A stretch of 64,000 nt of DNA from Eledone cirrhosa (Eukaryota), in NCBI GenBank assembly GCA_964016885.1, contig OZ024750.1, forward strand, positions 44,640,001 through 44,704,000, given 5' to 3'. The notes below the pieces were generated by a model that worked only from the letters and a program-made list of their open reading frames with translations, was not told the origin of the DNA and made no database searches. The position numbers and the translations under genes are program-made. Shown here in pieces: positions 15,621-25,878 of the stretch (within the stretch, counting starts at the first letter, position 1; every line of letters begins with the position of its first letter).

Positions 15621-17579
15621 TTACTTACCTTCCGGGCTCTTGTGAAGGTCGGGTTGTTCGACCTCCATAGTTGGTGGGGTTTCTTTTGGGAAGCCCTTTA
15701 AAAGTCTTGAAGTGGGTTTTACGTTCGGGGTTCCCACGTCCCGAAGAAAGCTGTCTCGTATTTCTTTGAATATGTCGAGCGACATTCGCACCAGAACCAA
15801 ATCTTCCGGAACGCGAAATGTGCTCGATTTAAAAATTTCCCCCTCTTTTTGTATATTTTCACTTCGTGCTACGAGGGCCATCAGTTCCTTGCTGGCCCTC
15901 CTGACGAGCACGAAGTTTTGTATGTTTTGTTGGTGTGAATTTATTTGTTTGCGTGGCTGTGGTGGTGATGGTTGTGGTGGTGTTGTTTCGGTTGTATCTG
16001 TGTTTGTTGTGAGTGCGGTGTCTGTGGTTTCAGATGTTTGTGTGTATATTTGTCCTTGCGTCTGTTTCGGTTGTTTGCGTTTGGGGAATTCTGGTGATGG
16101 TGATGGTAGTGTTATTGGAGAGATGTTTGCGTGGGTGGTGTCTGCGTTTTTTATTGTGGGTGCTTTTGCGCTTTGTTGAGTTTTTTTTTCTTTTTGTGTT
16201 TCCTTTTTTGTATTTTGGGGTATTTTGTTTTTCCCTCATTTTCACTACTGTTAGATGAGGGGTCTGTGTCTGTAAGTGTGTCTGTATGTATGTTTATGAT
16301 TTTATTGGTGTGTGTATTTTTTGGGGGAGGGGCAATTTGACAGCTTTCCTCGTTTCCCCCCTGGGTGGTCAATGTTGGTGGTGGTCTTTCTATTGGTGTT
16401 GTTGTTAGTGGTTTTGCCGGTGCTGGTGTTGGTTGTGGTCCTCGCCCCGGCGTCGGCAGCAGTGGAGCCTTTCGACCCCTTGCCTCTTTCAGGAGTTGAG
16501 GGCAGAAGGCTTGCAAATGGGTTTTTTCCCCACAAACAAAACACTGCGGCCTTTTGCCTTCGGCCATAATGTGAATGAACGTCCCATTCTGAAGGCGGAT
16601 GTGGTCCGGGATTGTTTTCACATTCTCGGGCCTGATCTGGAGAAGGATCTCCAGGTCAACAACGGACCAGTCCTCTCTGGCCGTTCTGGTCACTTCTATA
16701 GGGACGGTATCCGTCCCCTCCATAATCAGACATCCCAGAAGCCATCACATGTCAAGTCCTGGTGGGATTCCGGGAATGCGGAGACGGGCTGTTCGTTTTC
16801 CCATGTGGGAGGGGTACATTATGACCTTGCTGGTTTTGCAAGGAGTCAGAGCGTGTTTCATAGCGAGGGCTTCTGACTTGAACAACACCGAAATGGGGCC
16901 GTACTGTCTGCCTCTCTCTATGTACTGGGTGTCTTCTCTGATGCACCTCAGCGCGACTTCGACATCTTCTTGTGGGATTAAAGCTGCCCATTTGATTTGT
17001 GCTGAGATGCTTCTATAATGCACCGTTCTGCGCTCCACTGCCTCAATAGCTTCTACCGGGACAGTTAAGTTGGCCCAGGTTTGCTCTTGCTTGATGAGCT
17101 TCCATGCCTGGGCCAACTTTTCATCTTTGTTTGAGAGGTCCATGTTGAAGCATGGCCTCTTTTTTGCTGCTGCCGCAGCGAAAGTGTTCTTCTTGTTTTC
17201 GTTGGGGGTGCTGTTGTCGTTGTTCATGTTGGTGTTGTTGTTATCACTGTCGCTGTTATCATTGTTGTCTTTGTTGCCACCGTTGTTCTCGGTGCAGTGG
17301 GTATTGTTGCTGGTGGTGTTGTCGCTATCTGTTTTCATGTTAGTGGTGTTGATATTGTTGTTGTATTTGTTTTTTGCTATCCGTATTTTCGTTGTCGCTG
17401 TTATTGTCATTTCTTTCAAAATTAGAGTTCTCATTGGTATCATTGGTGTCTTTGTTTACCCTGTTTGTGGTGGTGTTTGTGTTATCAATGTGTATTAATT
17501 TCGTTGTAGCGCTCCTCTCAACTTCTACGTCGTTGTCGCACGACAGCCGACATATTGCTGGGGGGCGTGGCTCAGCCAT
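15621..17579 (-). pseudogene. Disrupted ORF1 with CCHC zinc knuckle
   Basis: MAEPRP start, CFVCGEKTHLQAFC, ..PEGK end; in-frame stop at about 16745 plus frameshifts. Confidence 0.9.
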
Positions 17580-17784
17580 GTTTGTTTTTTTTTTATTTTT
17601 TTTAACATGTAAAAAAAAGTTCAAATATTTGGGCCAAAAGGCCCAAATATTATACTTTCCCCTTCACGGGGCAAAGTCTACGGGCTTATATACCTTACAC
17701 AACAAGAAATATTTAACAACAAATAATTTTAACAGGCAAATAAAGCGACTTACTGTGAGCGAGCAAAATACGTCCGCTTAGACC

Positions 17785-17820
<36 letters not shown>

Positions 17821-17823
17821 TAT

Positions 17824-18580
17824 AGACACCTTAAAAAGGTTACAGAAGGAATGCTAATGGCTTCGCAAGAGCAGGCCCTCAAAACGAAGTGGCTGAAACA
17901 CCATATTTACAGGGAGGAGGCTAGCCCACTGTGTAGGATCTGTGGAGAGAGAGAGGAGACTGTGGCTCACATTGTATCCGAGTGTAAACACCTAGCCCAG
18001 AATCACTATAAAGGCTGGAGACATGATGTGATGGGCAGGGTGATCCACTGGCACCTATGCAAAGTAAACAATTTACCACATTCTGAGAAGTGGTATGAGC
18101 ATAAGCCAGAGTCGGTGATGGAAAACGACCAGGTGAAGTTGCTGTGGGATTTTAGGATACAGACGGACAAGAAACTGCAACACAATAGACCTGACCTGGT
18201 GGTTTTGGACAAGGGAGAAATATCGTTCCTGATTGTAGATGTAGCCTGCCCATTCGACACGAGAGTGCAAGAGAAGGAGAGGGAGGAAATTAACCGATAC
18301 CAGGACTTAAAGTGGGAGGTAAAAAGGATTTGGAACTGCCATGAGGTCAAAGTGGTCCCGATTGTCATAGGCGCACTAGGTACTATCTTAAAGAGATTCC
18401 AAGGATGGTTAAAGAAAATTGGCCCGCCCCGCTTTTTGGAACACTTGAAACGGTATGCTTGCTGGGAACGGCAAGAACCCTCCGATATGTCCTGAATATC
18501 TGAGGCTGTAAGTAGTGGCTTGATATTCATTTCAACAAACTTTCCAGTTAAATAACATCAATGACTGAGACTCAAAGAAC
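17824..18580 (+). mobile_element. 5'-truncated RLE-type non-LTR retrotransposon (R4/Dong-like), copy D1
   Basis: CRICGEREETVAHIVSEC zinc knuckle, RHD, and NRPDLVVLD..IVDVAC..YQDL restriction-like endonuclease motifs; (AAT)n on both sides. Confidence 0.85.
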
Positions 18581-18596
18581 AATAATAATAATAATA

Positions 18597-19502
18597 AAAT
18601 TGTACTGAAGGAGAAGACAATAGACCAGGGGATGTCCAAGGAGGAAATAACAACAAGGAGGAAGAGAAACCTTCATGAAAAATCCCTTCATAGTACATTC
18701 TTTAAGAAAACTGAATTTATAGATCCACAGACATGGAACTGGTTAAAAAGAGGAGACCTAAAAAGGCTACAGAAGGAATGCTAATGGCTTCGCAAGAGCA
18801 GGCCCTCAAAACGAAGTGGCTGAAACACCATATTTACAGGGAGGAGGCTAGCCCACTGTGTAGGATCTGTGGAGAGAGAGAGGAGACTGTGGCTCACATT
18901 GTATCCGAGTGTAAACACCTAGCCCAGAATCACTATAAAGGCTGGAGACATGATGTGATGGGCAGGGTGATCCACTGGCACCTATGCAAAGTAAACAATT
19001 TATCACATTCTGAGAAGTGGTATGAGCCAGAGTCGGTGATGGCAAACGATCAGGTGAAGTTGCTGTGGGATTTTAGGATACAGACGGACAAGAAATTAGA
19101 ACACAATAGACCTGACCTGGTGGTTTTGGACAAGGGAAAAATATCGTTCCTGATTGTAGATGTAGCCTGCTCATTTGACATGAGAGTGCAAGAAAAGGAG
19201 AGGGAGAAAATGAACCGATACCAGGACTTAAAGTGGGAGTTAAAAAGGATTTGGAACTGTCATGAGAGCAAGGTCATCCCGATTGTCATGGGAGCACTAG
19301 GTACTATCTCAAAGAGTTTCCAAGGATGGTTAAAGAAGATTAGTCCAGCCCCGCTTTTTTGGAACACTTCAAAAGGCATGTTTGCTGGGAACAGCAAGAA
19401 CCCTCTGATACGTCCTGAATATCTGAGGTTCGGGTAGTGGCTTGATATTCATTTCAATAAACTTTCCAGTTAAATAACATCAATGACTGAGACTCAAAGA
19501 AC
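18597..19502 (+). mobile_element. 5'-truncated RLE-type non-LTR retrotransposon (R4/Dong-like), copy D2
   Basis: Same motifs and same 3' end (ctcaaagaac+(AAT)n) as D1, but extends about 160 bp further 5'. Confidence 0.85.
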
Positions 19503-19800
19503 AATAATAATAATAATATTAATGATGATAATAATAATGATTTCTTTATTAACCACAAGGGTTTACATAAAGTAGACATTAAGGACAGTGCAGGACAATG
19601 AATGACGGTACAAATGGGCATTTCTGCGTGTAAAAAACAAAAAACAGAGGATGTAACAAAAATAACAATGAAAATAACAATGAAAAATTCCCCAATAGGG
19701 GGGAGACTTCGGAGGGACATTTGTGGAGAAAGCCCAGTAAAAAGCCACAATGACCCTGACCACCAAGGCAAGTGCCCTCTCCCAGTTTTCCACCTTTAAT

Positions 19801-22800
19801 TTACAGATATATGCTCAGAGTAGGCCCATTCACTCGGGCCATTCTTGCTTCTCTCACCCATCTTTCAACAAAATGCTGGGAAGAGAGGACTTCCCTCTCT
19901 ACTCTGATTTTCCTTTTCAAATGAAATTTGAAAAAGTCAATCAGAGCATCACCGAAGAGGTAAGTGCTCGTCTTCAGCCCTTTCAAACGTGTCCACCATA
20001 CTATCTCTTTCGCCATGGCCACCAGGCAGATAAAAACTGCCTGCCCTTCCCGGCTAAAGGAGGAGGGCGGGGCAATCCTCACGATGGACTCAGATGATAG
20101 CCGGATCCGTCCTAAACGCGACAGCAGGTGTTCGACATAAACCCACAAGTCAGCAATTTTCGGACACTGGACGAGTGCGTGCAGGACGGTTTCGTCGCCC
20201 TGCGCGCATCTCGGACATGCCCGGCTGACGGCACCTCCATGCCTGTAGAGTTTATCCCGAACTGGCAAGGCTCCTCGGTAGCACTGCCAGGCCAGAGATT
20301 TCTGGAAGTTGTCCATAGGCCCCGGCCCGAAAGTTCTTCCGAAGAGATTGGCTAGTTGATTTTCGTCGACGCCTAGAGTTTCCCCAAGTACGTCGTCGCT
20401 CTTCCCCTCCACTAATCCTCTATAGAACGCCGAGGTGGAGTTTCCACCGATCACATTGCCCGATTGGTCGAGGGCTGTGAGCGCCTGAAGACATTCCAGT
20501 CTCCAGGCGCTCCCTCTCGGTCTTCGCTTGACCCAGGACTGCAGCTCCGTCAAGGAAACGAGCTGGGGAAAAACGCGTCTAGCAAACGGCGACCACACCT
20601 GATCACCGTCGAGGAAGAGGTGGAGATGTCGTAGCCTGAGCGCGTGCCTGCGCATCATCAGCCACGGCATGCCCAGCCCTCCACGTAGCGGGTGTTGACA
20701 ACAGATGGACCGCCTGACCATCGGAGCACGTCCCTTCCACAAAAAGCGAAAGAGCAAACGCTCCAGCGCAGTCAGGCGAGGCTTAGGACAAGGTACGACG
20801 GTTAGGCGGTAGCAGATGACAGACGCGATGTACGCGTTAGCCACCTCCGCTCGACCTTTCAGGGATAGCTTCCTCTCCGCCCATTTCTGGGTGAGAGAAG
20901 CCACCCTGCTCGTCACCTCGTCCCAGTTTTTGTCCGTCTGGAGGTCCGGACCGAACCAGACCCCTAGCAATTTAACCGGTCCGTCCGTCCAGCGCCCGAC
21001 GACGCTGTTGGACGGCATGGACCTGCCTCTCCAGGTGCCGAGCTGCAGGCCCACTGACTTTTCCTGGTTGATCATTGCTCCTGTCACCGCTTCGTATTCT
21101 CTTAGTGTAGTGCCGATCGCCTCGATGTGTTTGGCGTTCGACACCACTACGGTGACATCGTCCGCATATGCTGACACGGATCTTCCGCATCCTAGTTCGC
21201 GCGGGACTCCCCTCAACGTCTCCAGTTTGTGCAGTAATGGCTCGAGAGTCAATACGTACAAGAGGGACGAGAGGGGACATCCTTGGCGGACCGAGCGCAT
21301 GATGTTGAACGGTTCCGACAGGTGACCGTTCACTCTCACCACAGAGCAGATGTCGCTGTGCATGGCAGCGATCCAGCCTCTGAAGACGGGCCCAAAGCCA
21401 GCCGCCCTCAGGACTGCCGCTAGGTAACGATGGTCGACCCTATCGAAAGCTTTCGACTGATCTAAATTGATCAAGGACCCACCCGTGCCAGGTTCCCTAG
21501 CTACCCTCTCTACGATGTATCGCATGAGGTGGAGGTTGTCGTGGATGGATCTGTCGGGAATGGCGCATGTCTGCGCCTCTCCCACCAGACCACCAACGAC
21601 AAGCGCCAACCTCTTTGCTAGCACCTTGGCCAAAATCTTAAACTCTGTGTTTAGCAGAGTTATGGGCCGGAAATTGTCTATGTTATCCCCCTTGTTCGGA
21701 TCCTTTCTCAGCAGTGCCACCGCTCCTCGGCTCACAGAACTGGGAATTCTCCCGTTCTGTTGCCAGTTGCAGTAGACGTCCGCCAAGAGGCCTCCGAACA
21801 AGTCTGGCATCTGTACGTAAAGTTCATAGGGCAGACCATCCAAACCAGGCGATTTACCCCTTGTGCAGCCAGTCATTGCCTCCCTTACTTCAGCGGCTGT
21901 TATCGGCTTTTCGCAACACCTCGCCTCAGTGGCCGAGAGCCGCGGCAGTCCGTCGAGGTAGACACTAAAGTCCATCCCTCTACCCGGCCCCCCGCTGCCC
22001 CCGAACAGCTGAGCGAAGTGTTGCTGAAAAGCTTCACACATTTGCCCGGGATCGAGTAGCATGCGCCCGTCGTGGTCCACCAAAGACCGGATCGTGGCTT
22101 TGTTGCCACGACGCGCCTCCGCCACTCGGGCCCATTGAACGGCTTTCGTCCCCTCGTGTCTGAGAGCACGCACCTTAGCTCTGACAACGCAGCCTTCGTG
22201 CTTTGCATTGAAGAATTGGTCAAGGGCCAATTTCGCCGCAAGCACGTCGGTCGCAATGCCTTTGCTAAGCGCCTCGTCTAATTTTCTAACTAGTTCTCCC
22301 TCTGCTCTATTTTTCTCTATTGCTAAAGCCTTACTAAACCTAATCGATTCTATTCTAATCGCTCTTTTCAGAGCAAACCACCACTTGTTGTTGACGATGG
22401 CCCCCGTCAACGCCCGCTTAACTAGTTCGCTAATCCGGTCTCTGTAGGCCTTGCGCGCTGGTAAGGACGCGTTTAGCTTCCAGTAGCCGGGTCCTCGTCT
22501 ATGAAGCCTATCTAAGTCAAGCACACAGATCACAAATTTGTGGTCCGTGTAGCTGACTATCTTGAATTGTGGACAGCCTATGCTAGACCTATCTATTTCC
22601 CTACAAAATACTCTATCTAGATATGATCTGGATGACCCTATGCGGTTTGTCCAAGTCCACATTGGCACATTCGGGAAATCCAATCGGTACCTGTCAGACA
22701 GTTCAAAACGCCTGAGCAGGTTGGTGAGGCTCTTGCACCCTCCACCCCTATCCGCTAATCCCACACAGTCCCAGCGTGCATCTAAGATCCCGTTCCAGTC

Positions 22801-23220
22801 GCCCACTAACACTAAAGAGCGGGACGTTCCAAGAAAGGTCTCCAGACGCCGGAAGAAATCAGGCCGCCCTGCTCCTGTCGGGGCATAGACGGCCACTAGC
22901 CTGAAAGCTTGCCCGTCTCCGCTGGTCACGTCCAGCACCACCAGCTTACCCTCTGGGTCCAGGAAGATGGCCCGTATGGCGAGATCCAAACCTCTCCGAA
23001 AAAGCACAGCAACTCCTCCACCCGATCCAGGACGGCTGGGAGATGCGTACACATCGTAGCCGCCGAAGATCGGTACGAAGGCCCGTGCTTCCGAGATTCT
23101 GGTCTCGCTGATGGCCACTACATCTATGTTTAGTGACCTGAGGTCGTTGAGCAGGTGACCCTGCTTCCATGACGACCCCAAGCCACGCGCATTTATGCTG
23201 CCTATTCTGAGTGAGGTCAT
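19801..23220 (-). CDS. ORF2: APE endonuclease + reverse transcriptase + C-terminal CCHC (1139 aa)
   Basis: INARGL/SET/GDWN/TDH (APE); KSPGLDG, FRPITL, KAFD, QGCPLS, YADD (RT); CPRC..H..C. Confidence 0.97.
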   Translation of the reverse strand: MTSLRIGSINARGLGSSWKQGHLLNDLRSLNIDVVAISETRISEARAFVPIFGGYDVYASPSRPGSGGGVAVLFRRGLDLAIRAIFLDPEGKLVVLDVTSGDGQAFRLVAVYAPTGAGRPDFFRRLETFLGTSRSLVLVGDWNGILDARWDCVGLADRGGGCKSLTNLLRRFELSDRYRLDFPNVPMWTWTNRIGSSRSYLDRVFCREIDRSSIGCPQFKIVSYTDHKFVICVLDLDRLHRRGPGYWKLNASLPARKAYRDRISELVKRALTGAIVNNKWWFALKRAIRIESIRFSKALAIEKNRAEGELVRKLDEALSKGIATDVLAAKLALDQFFNAKHEGCVVRAKVRALRHEGTKAVQWARVAEARRGNKATIRSLVDHDGRMLLDPGQMCEAFQQHFAQLFGGSGGPGRGMDFSVYLDGLPRLSATEARCCEKPITAAEVREAMTGCTRGKSPGLDGLPYELYVQMPDLFGGLLADVYCNWQQNGRIPSSVSRGAVALLRKDPNKGDNIDNFRPITLLNTEFKILAKVLAKRLALVVGGLVGEAQTCAIPDRSIHDNLHLMRYIVERVAREPGTGGSLINLDQSKAFDRVDHRYLAAVLRAAGFGPVFRGWIAAMHSDICSVVRVNGHLSEPFNIMRSVRQGCPLSSLLYVLTLEPLLHKLETLRGVPRELGCGRSVSAYADDVTVVVSNAKHIEAIGTTLREYEAVTGAMINQEKSVGLQLGTWRGRSMPSNSVVGRWTDGPVKLLGVWFGPDLQTDKNWDEVTSRVASLTQKWAERKLSLKGRAEVANAYIASVICYRLTVVPCPKPRLTALERLLFRFLWKGRAPMVRRSICCQHPLRGGLGMPWLMMRRHALRLRHLHLFLDGDQVWSPFARRVFPQLVSLTELQSWVKRRPRGSAWRLECLQALTALDQSGNVIGGNSTSAFYRGLVEGKSDDVLGETLGVDENQLANLFGRTFGPGPMDNFQKSLAWQCYRGALPVRDKLYRHGGAVSRACPRCAQGDETVLHALVQCPKIADLWVYVEHLLSRLGRIRLSSESIVRIAPPSSFSREGQAVFICLVAMAKEIVWWTRLKGLKTSTYLFGDALIDFFKFHLKRKIRVEREVLSSQHFVERWVREARMARVNGPTLSIYL

Positions 23221-23255
23221 GTTTAAAATAGAGTGGAAAAGATGGGAAAGACCAC

Positions 23256-25349
23256 TTACCGTACTTTTGGTAGAGGAGGGATGGTTTTTACATCCCTTTT
23301 CACTTGATCGTCTGGTGAAGGGACCGTTGAATCGTCCCTTCGGCTGGTCGTCGGCTCTTCTAAGAGAATGTCTGAGTATACTCTTCGATTGATGGTTCCT
23401 CCTAGGTCCCTGAAATCACCAACTGCGTTGGGGAATTTCGTTTTAATGTTTGTGTATTGTTTCTGTGCTATTTTTAGCAGTCTTATGTTAGTTGGCGTTT
23501 TGATTGGTGCTGGTATTATGTAGTCCTGTTGTGAAATGTCTGTGTGTTCAATTATGTAAGTCATTAGTTTCTTGTTGTGTGTATTTATTGCCGTGCATTT
23601 GTTTTTCTGGGGGTGGGGTGTGGTTCTGCTATTTTCTTGTCGTTGTTGCTGGGTGTGTGTGTTTTGTTGTTGTGTTTGCGATGTTGGTGCTTGTGGTGGT
23701 GGTGTTGAAGGTGTTGTTGGCGGTGGGGTTGTCGCCGGTGGTGATGGTGGTGCTAGTGTGGGTGGTGATGGTGTTGGTGGTGTTGCTGCTGTGGGTCTCT
23801 TTGCAGTAGACTTTACCCTTTTCTCATTTCTTTCCTCCCTTTTCAAAGGCGATGATGCGCTGCTTCTGCGTTTGTGCCTTCTTGCGACCTTTTGCCATCC
23901 CTCTCCCACCTCACACTCCATGTCTGATTCTGTGAGGTCGGGGAGGGGTACCAGCTCCACTCTTTCACTTGTTGTTGTTGGTGATGTTTGCACTGGAGTC
24001 TCTGTTGCAGCTGCATTTGGTATTGCTGTTGTTGTTGTTAATATTTCCACTGCTGCTGCTGTTTTTGATTTCCGTGGAGTGGGTATGGGTGCCACGGACC
24101 TATCGTTCCTGGTTGCCGCTTGTCCTGTTGCTGGTAGCCGTGGAGCCGGATTCGGAAGGAGGGGGGTTTTCTCCTTTCTCAGGGTCTTCTCGTTGCAGAA
24201 GGCCCTGAGGTGAGTCTTCGATCCACAGCGAAAGCATTTCGGGCGTTTGCCCTCAACACTTATGGGCAGTTGAATGCCGTTATCGAAGTCTATCACATCC
24301 GGGATAGCTTCGATGCACTCCTGGTTGGTTTGGATTAGCATCTCAATGGAGGAGCCGACCCAATCTTCTCTTACTTTTTTCTGTACTTGCAGTACAGTTG
24401 TTTTGTCCTCGATTCCGACGAGGACAGACGCGGCCAGCCAAGAAGGGGTCATTCCGGGGGGGACGTGGGTCAGTTTGACCCTCACAATTTTTTGCCCGCA
24501 GTAGGAGGGCACCAACACCATTTCCTCGCTCCTTAGGGTCACTACTGATTGGGCCTTTGCCTCCTGGGGTGTGGCAAAAAGTACGTCTACGGTGGCATAT
24601 TTTTTGCCTCGGGTGATGTGCGTTTTCCGCTGCCACACAGACCCCAAGGCTTTTTGTATTTGGGCCTCTGTGGCTCTTTCCACCCTACGGGATTTTGTAC
24701 TTACTGTACGGTACGTGACCGTACAGTGCTCTTGGGTTTCGAAAAATTTTTCCGCTGCCTTGCAGATTGCTCGGTGTCCGTTCTTTGTCACCATCTTCTT
24801 CGCTTCCTCTAATTCCTCATTTGTTATGAGGATTGTTTCCAGGTTTTTAGCAATACCTGCAAATGAGATTGGTTTTTCTCTGCTGTTGTTGTTGTCGTCA
24901 GAGCTGCTGGTACTTTTGTTGTTGCTGCAGGTACTACGACTACTGCCTCCGCCGCTGTTGCTGTGGTTGTTGTTGGTGTTGCTGCTGCTAATGCTGTTGT
25001 TGTTTATGCTGCTGGTGATGCTGTTGCGGCTGCTACTGTTGTTTTCATTGTCACTGTTGCTGTTGTTATTACGGCTGCTACTGCTATTATTCCTGACGTC
25101 AGACGAATGAACTGGGTTTTCGTATTTCCCGCACACCTGTTTCGTCGCTGTCGTCGTCGTGGAGAAACCTTGCACGCTTTGCACGAGACTTTTCTTTTCT
25201 TTCGTCACTTGCGAAAGAGAAGGGAGGGAGAGAGACACATTTAAAGAAGGGAGGGAGAGAGACAATCTTCTCTCTGCTGTAGTGATGATTGAGGAAGAAG
25301 AAGACGGAATGAGTGGGAGTGACGTATGAAATTTCTTTTTCGTAGCCAT
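23256..25349 (-). CDS. ORF1 nucleic-acid-binding protein (697 aa)
   Basis: CFRCGSKTHLRAFC knuckle, low-complexity flanks, located upstream of ORF2. Confidence 0.9.
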   Translation of the reverse strand: MATKKKFHTSLPLIPSSSSSIITTAERRLSLSLPSLNVSLSLPSLSQVTKEKKSLVQSVQGFSTTTTATKQVCGKYENPVHSSDVRNNSSSSRNNNSNSDNENNSSSRNSITSSINNNSISSSNTNNNHSNSGGGSSRSTCSNNKSTSSSDDNNNSREKPISFAGIAKNLETILITNEELEEAKKMVTKNGHRAICKAAEKFFETQEHCTVTYRTVSTKSRRVERATEAQIQKALGSVWQRKTHITRGKKYATVDVLFATPQEAKAQSVVTLRSEEMVLVPSYCGQKIVRVKLTHVPPGMTPSWLAASVLVGIEDKTTVLQVQKKVREDWVGSSIEMLIQTNQECIEAIPDVIDFDNGIQLPISVEGKRPKCFRCGSKTHLRAFCNEKTLRKEKTPLLPNPAPRLPATGQAATRNDRSVAPIPTPRKSKTAAAVEILTTTTAIPNAAATETPVQTSPTTTSERVELVPLPDLTESDMECEVGEGWQKVARRHKRRSSASSPLKREERNEKRVKSTAKRPTAATPPTPSPPTLAPPSPPATTPPPTTPSTPPPQAPTSQTQQQNTHTQQQRQENSRTTPHPQKNKCTAINTHNKKLMTYIIEHTDISQQDYIIPAPIKTPTNIRLLKIAQKQYTNIKTKFPNAVGDFRDLGGTINRRVYSDILLEEPTTSRRDDSTVPSPDDQVKRDVKTIPPLPKVR

Positions 25350-25398
25350 GTTGTTTTTTGTTTAAAATGAAATTTTGGGTACAAAACCCCAATAACTG

Positions 25399-25426
25399 GT
25401 TATTTAACCCCGAAGGGCCAAATAAC
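25399..25426 (-). promoter_or_regulatory. 5'UTR hairpin of family B (also at 31478-31505)
   Basis: gttatttggccc-TTCG-gggttaaataac: 12-bp stem with two G-U pairs and a C(UUCG)G loop. Confidence 0.6.
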
Positions 25427-25564
25427 GGACTGAAAGACCCCTCTCACGAGGAGGAGGGTGTCTTTATCAACAATTTGGTTCAAGTTTTAAACAATTTACA
25501 ATTGTTTTAACGGTTAAAAATTACTATACCTTACAGAGCCGAGCCTCCGTCAACCATGGCATTC

Positions 25565-25615
25565 AATAATAATAATAATAATGATAATAATAGAACGAAT
25601 AATTATATGAATAAT
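25565..25615. repeat. 51-bp direct repeat, identical to 31644-31694, flanking copy B2
   Basis: (aat)6gataataatagaacgaataattatatgaataat on both sides of B2. Confidence 0.9.
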
Positions 25616-25878
25616 GATTTCTTTATTAACCACAAGGGTTTACATAAAGTAGACATTAAGGACAGTGCAGGACAATGCAGGACGGTACAAATGGGCATTT
25701 CTGCGTGTAAAAAAAACAAAAATAGAGGATGTAACAAAAATAACAATGAAAATAACAATGAAAAATTCCCCAATAGGGGGGAGACTTCGGAGGGACATTT
25801 GTGGAGAAAGCCCAGTAAAAAGCCACAATGACCCTGACCACCAAGGCAAGTGCCCTCTCCCAGTTTTCCACCTTTAGT

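Larger units (their letters stand above)
15063..17784 (-). mobile_element. Tx1/L1-type LINE, copy C (relative of family A); 5' end intact, 3' part missing
   Basis: ORF1 and APE start are homologous to family A; similarity stops after ..QFQLSD at 15063; 5' end abuts (AAT)12 at 17785-17820. Confidence 0.9.
19539..25564 (-). mobile_element. Full-length Tx1/L1-type LINE, family B copy 1
   Basis: Intact ORF1 and ORF2, AATAAA then (ATT)n tail, (ATT)n at the 5' junction. Confidence 0.95.

Noticed and set aside
23504-25244. Hydrophobic antisense ORFs opposite ORF1 (also in A copies)
   Set aside because: Explained by the A/C skew of the sense strand; recurrence only reflects copy identity
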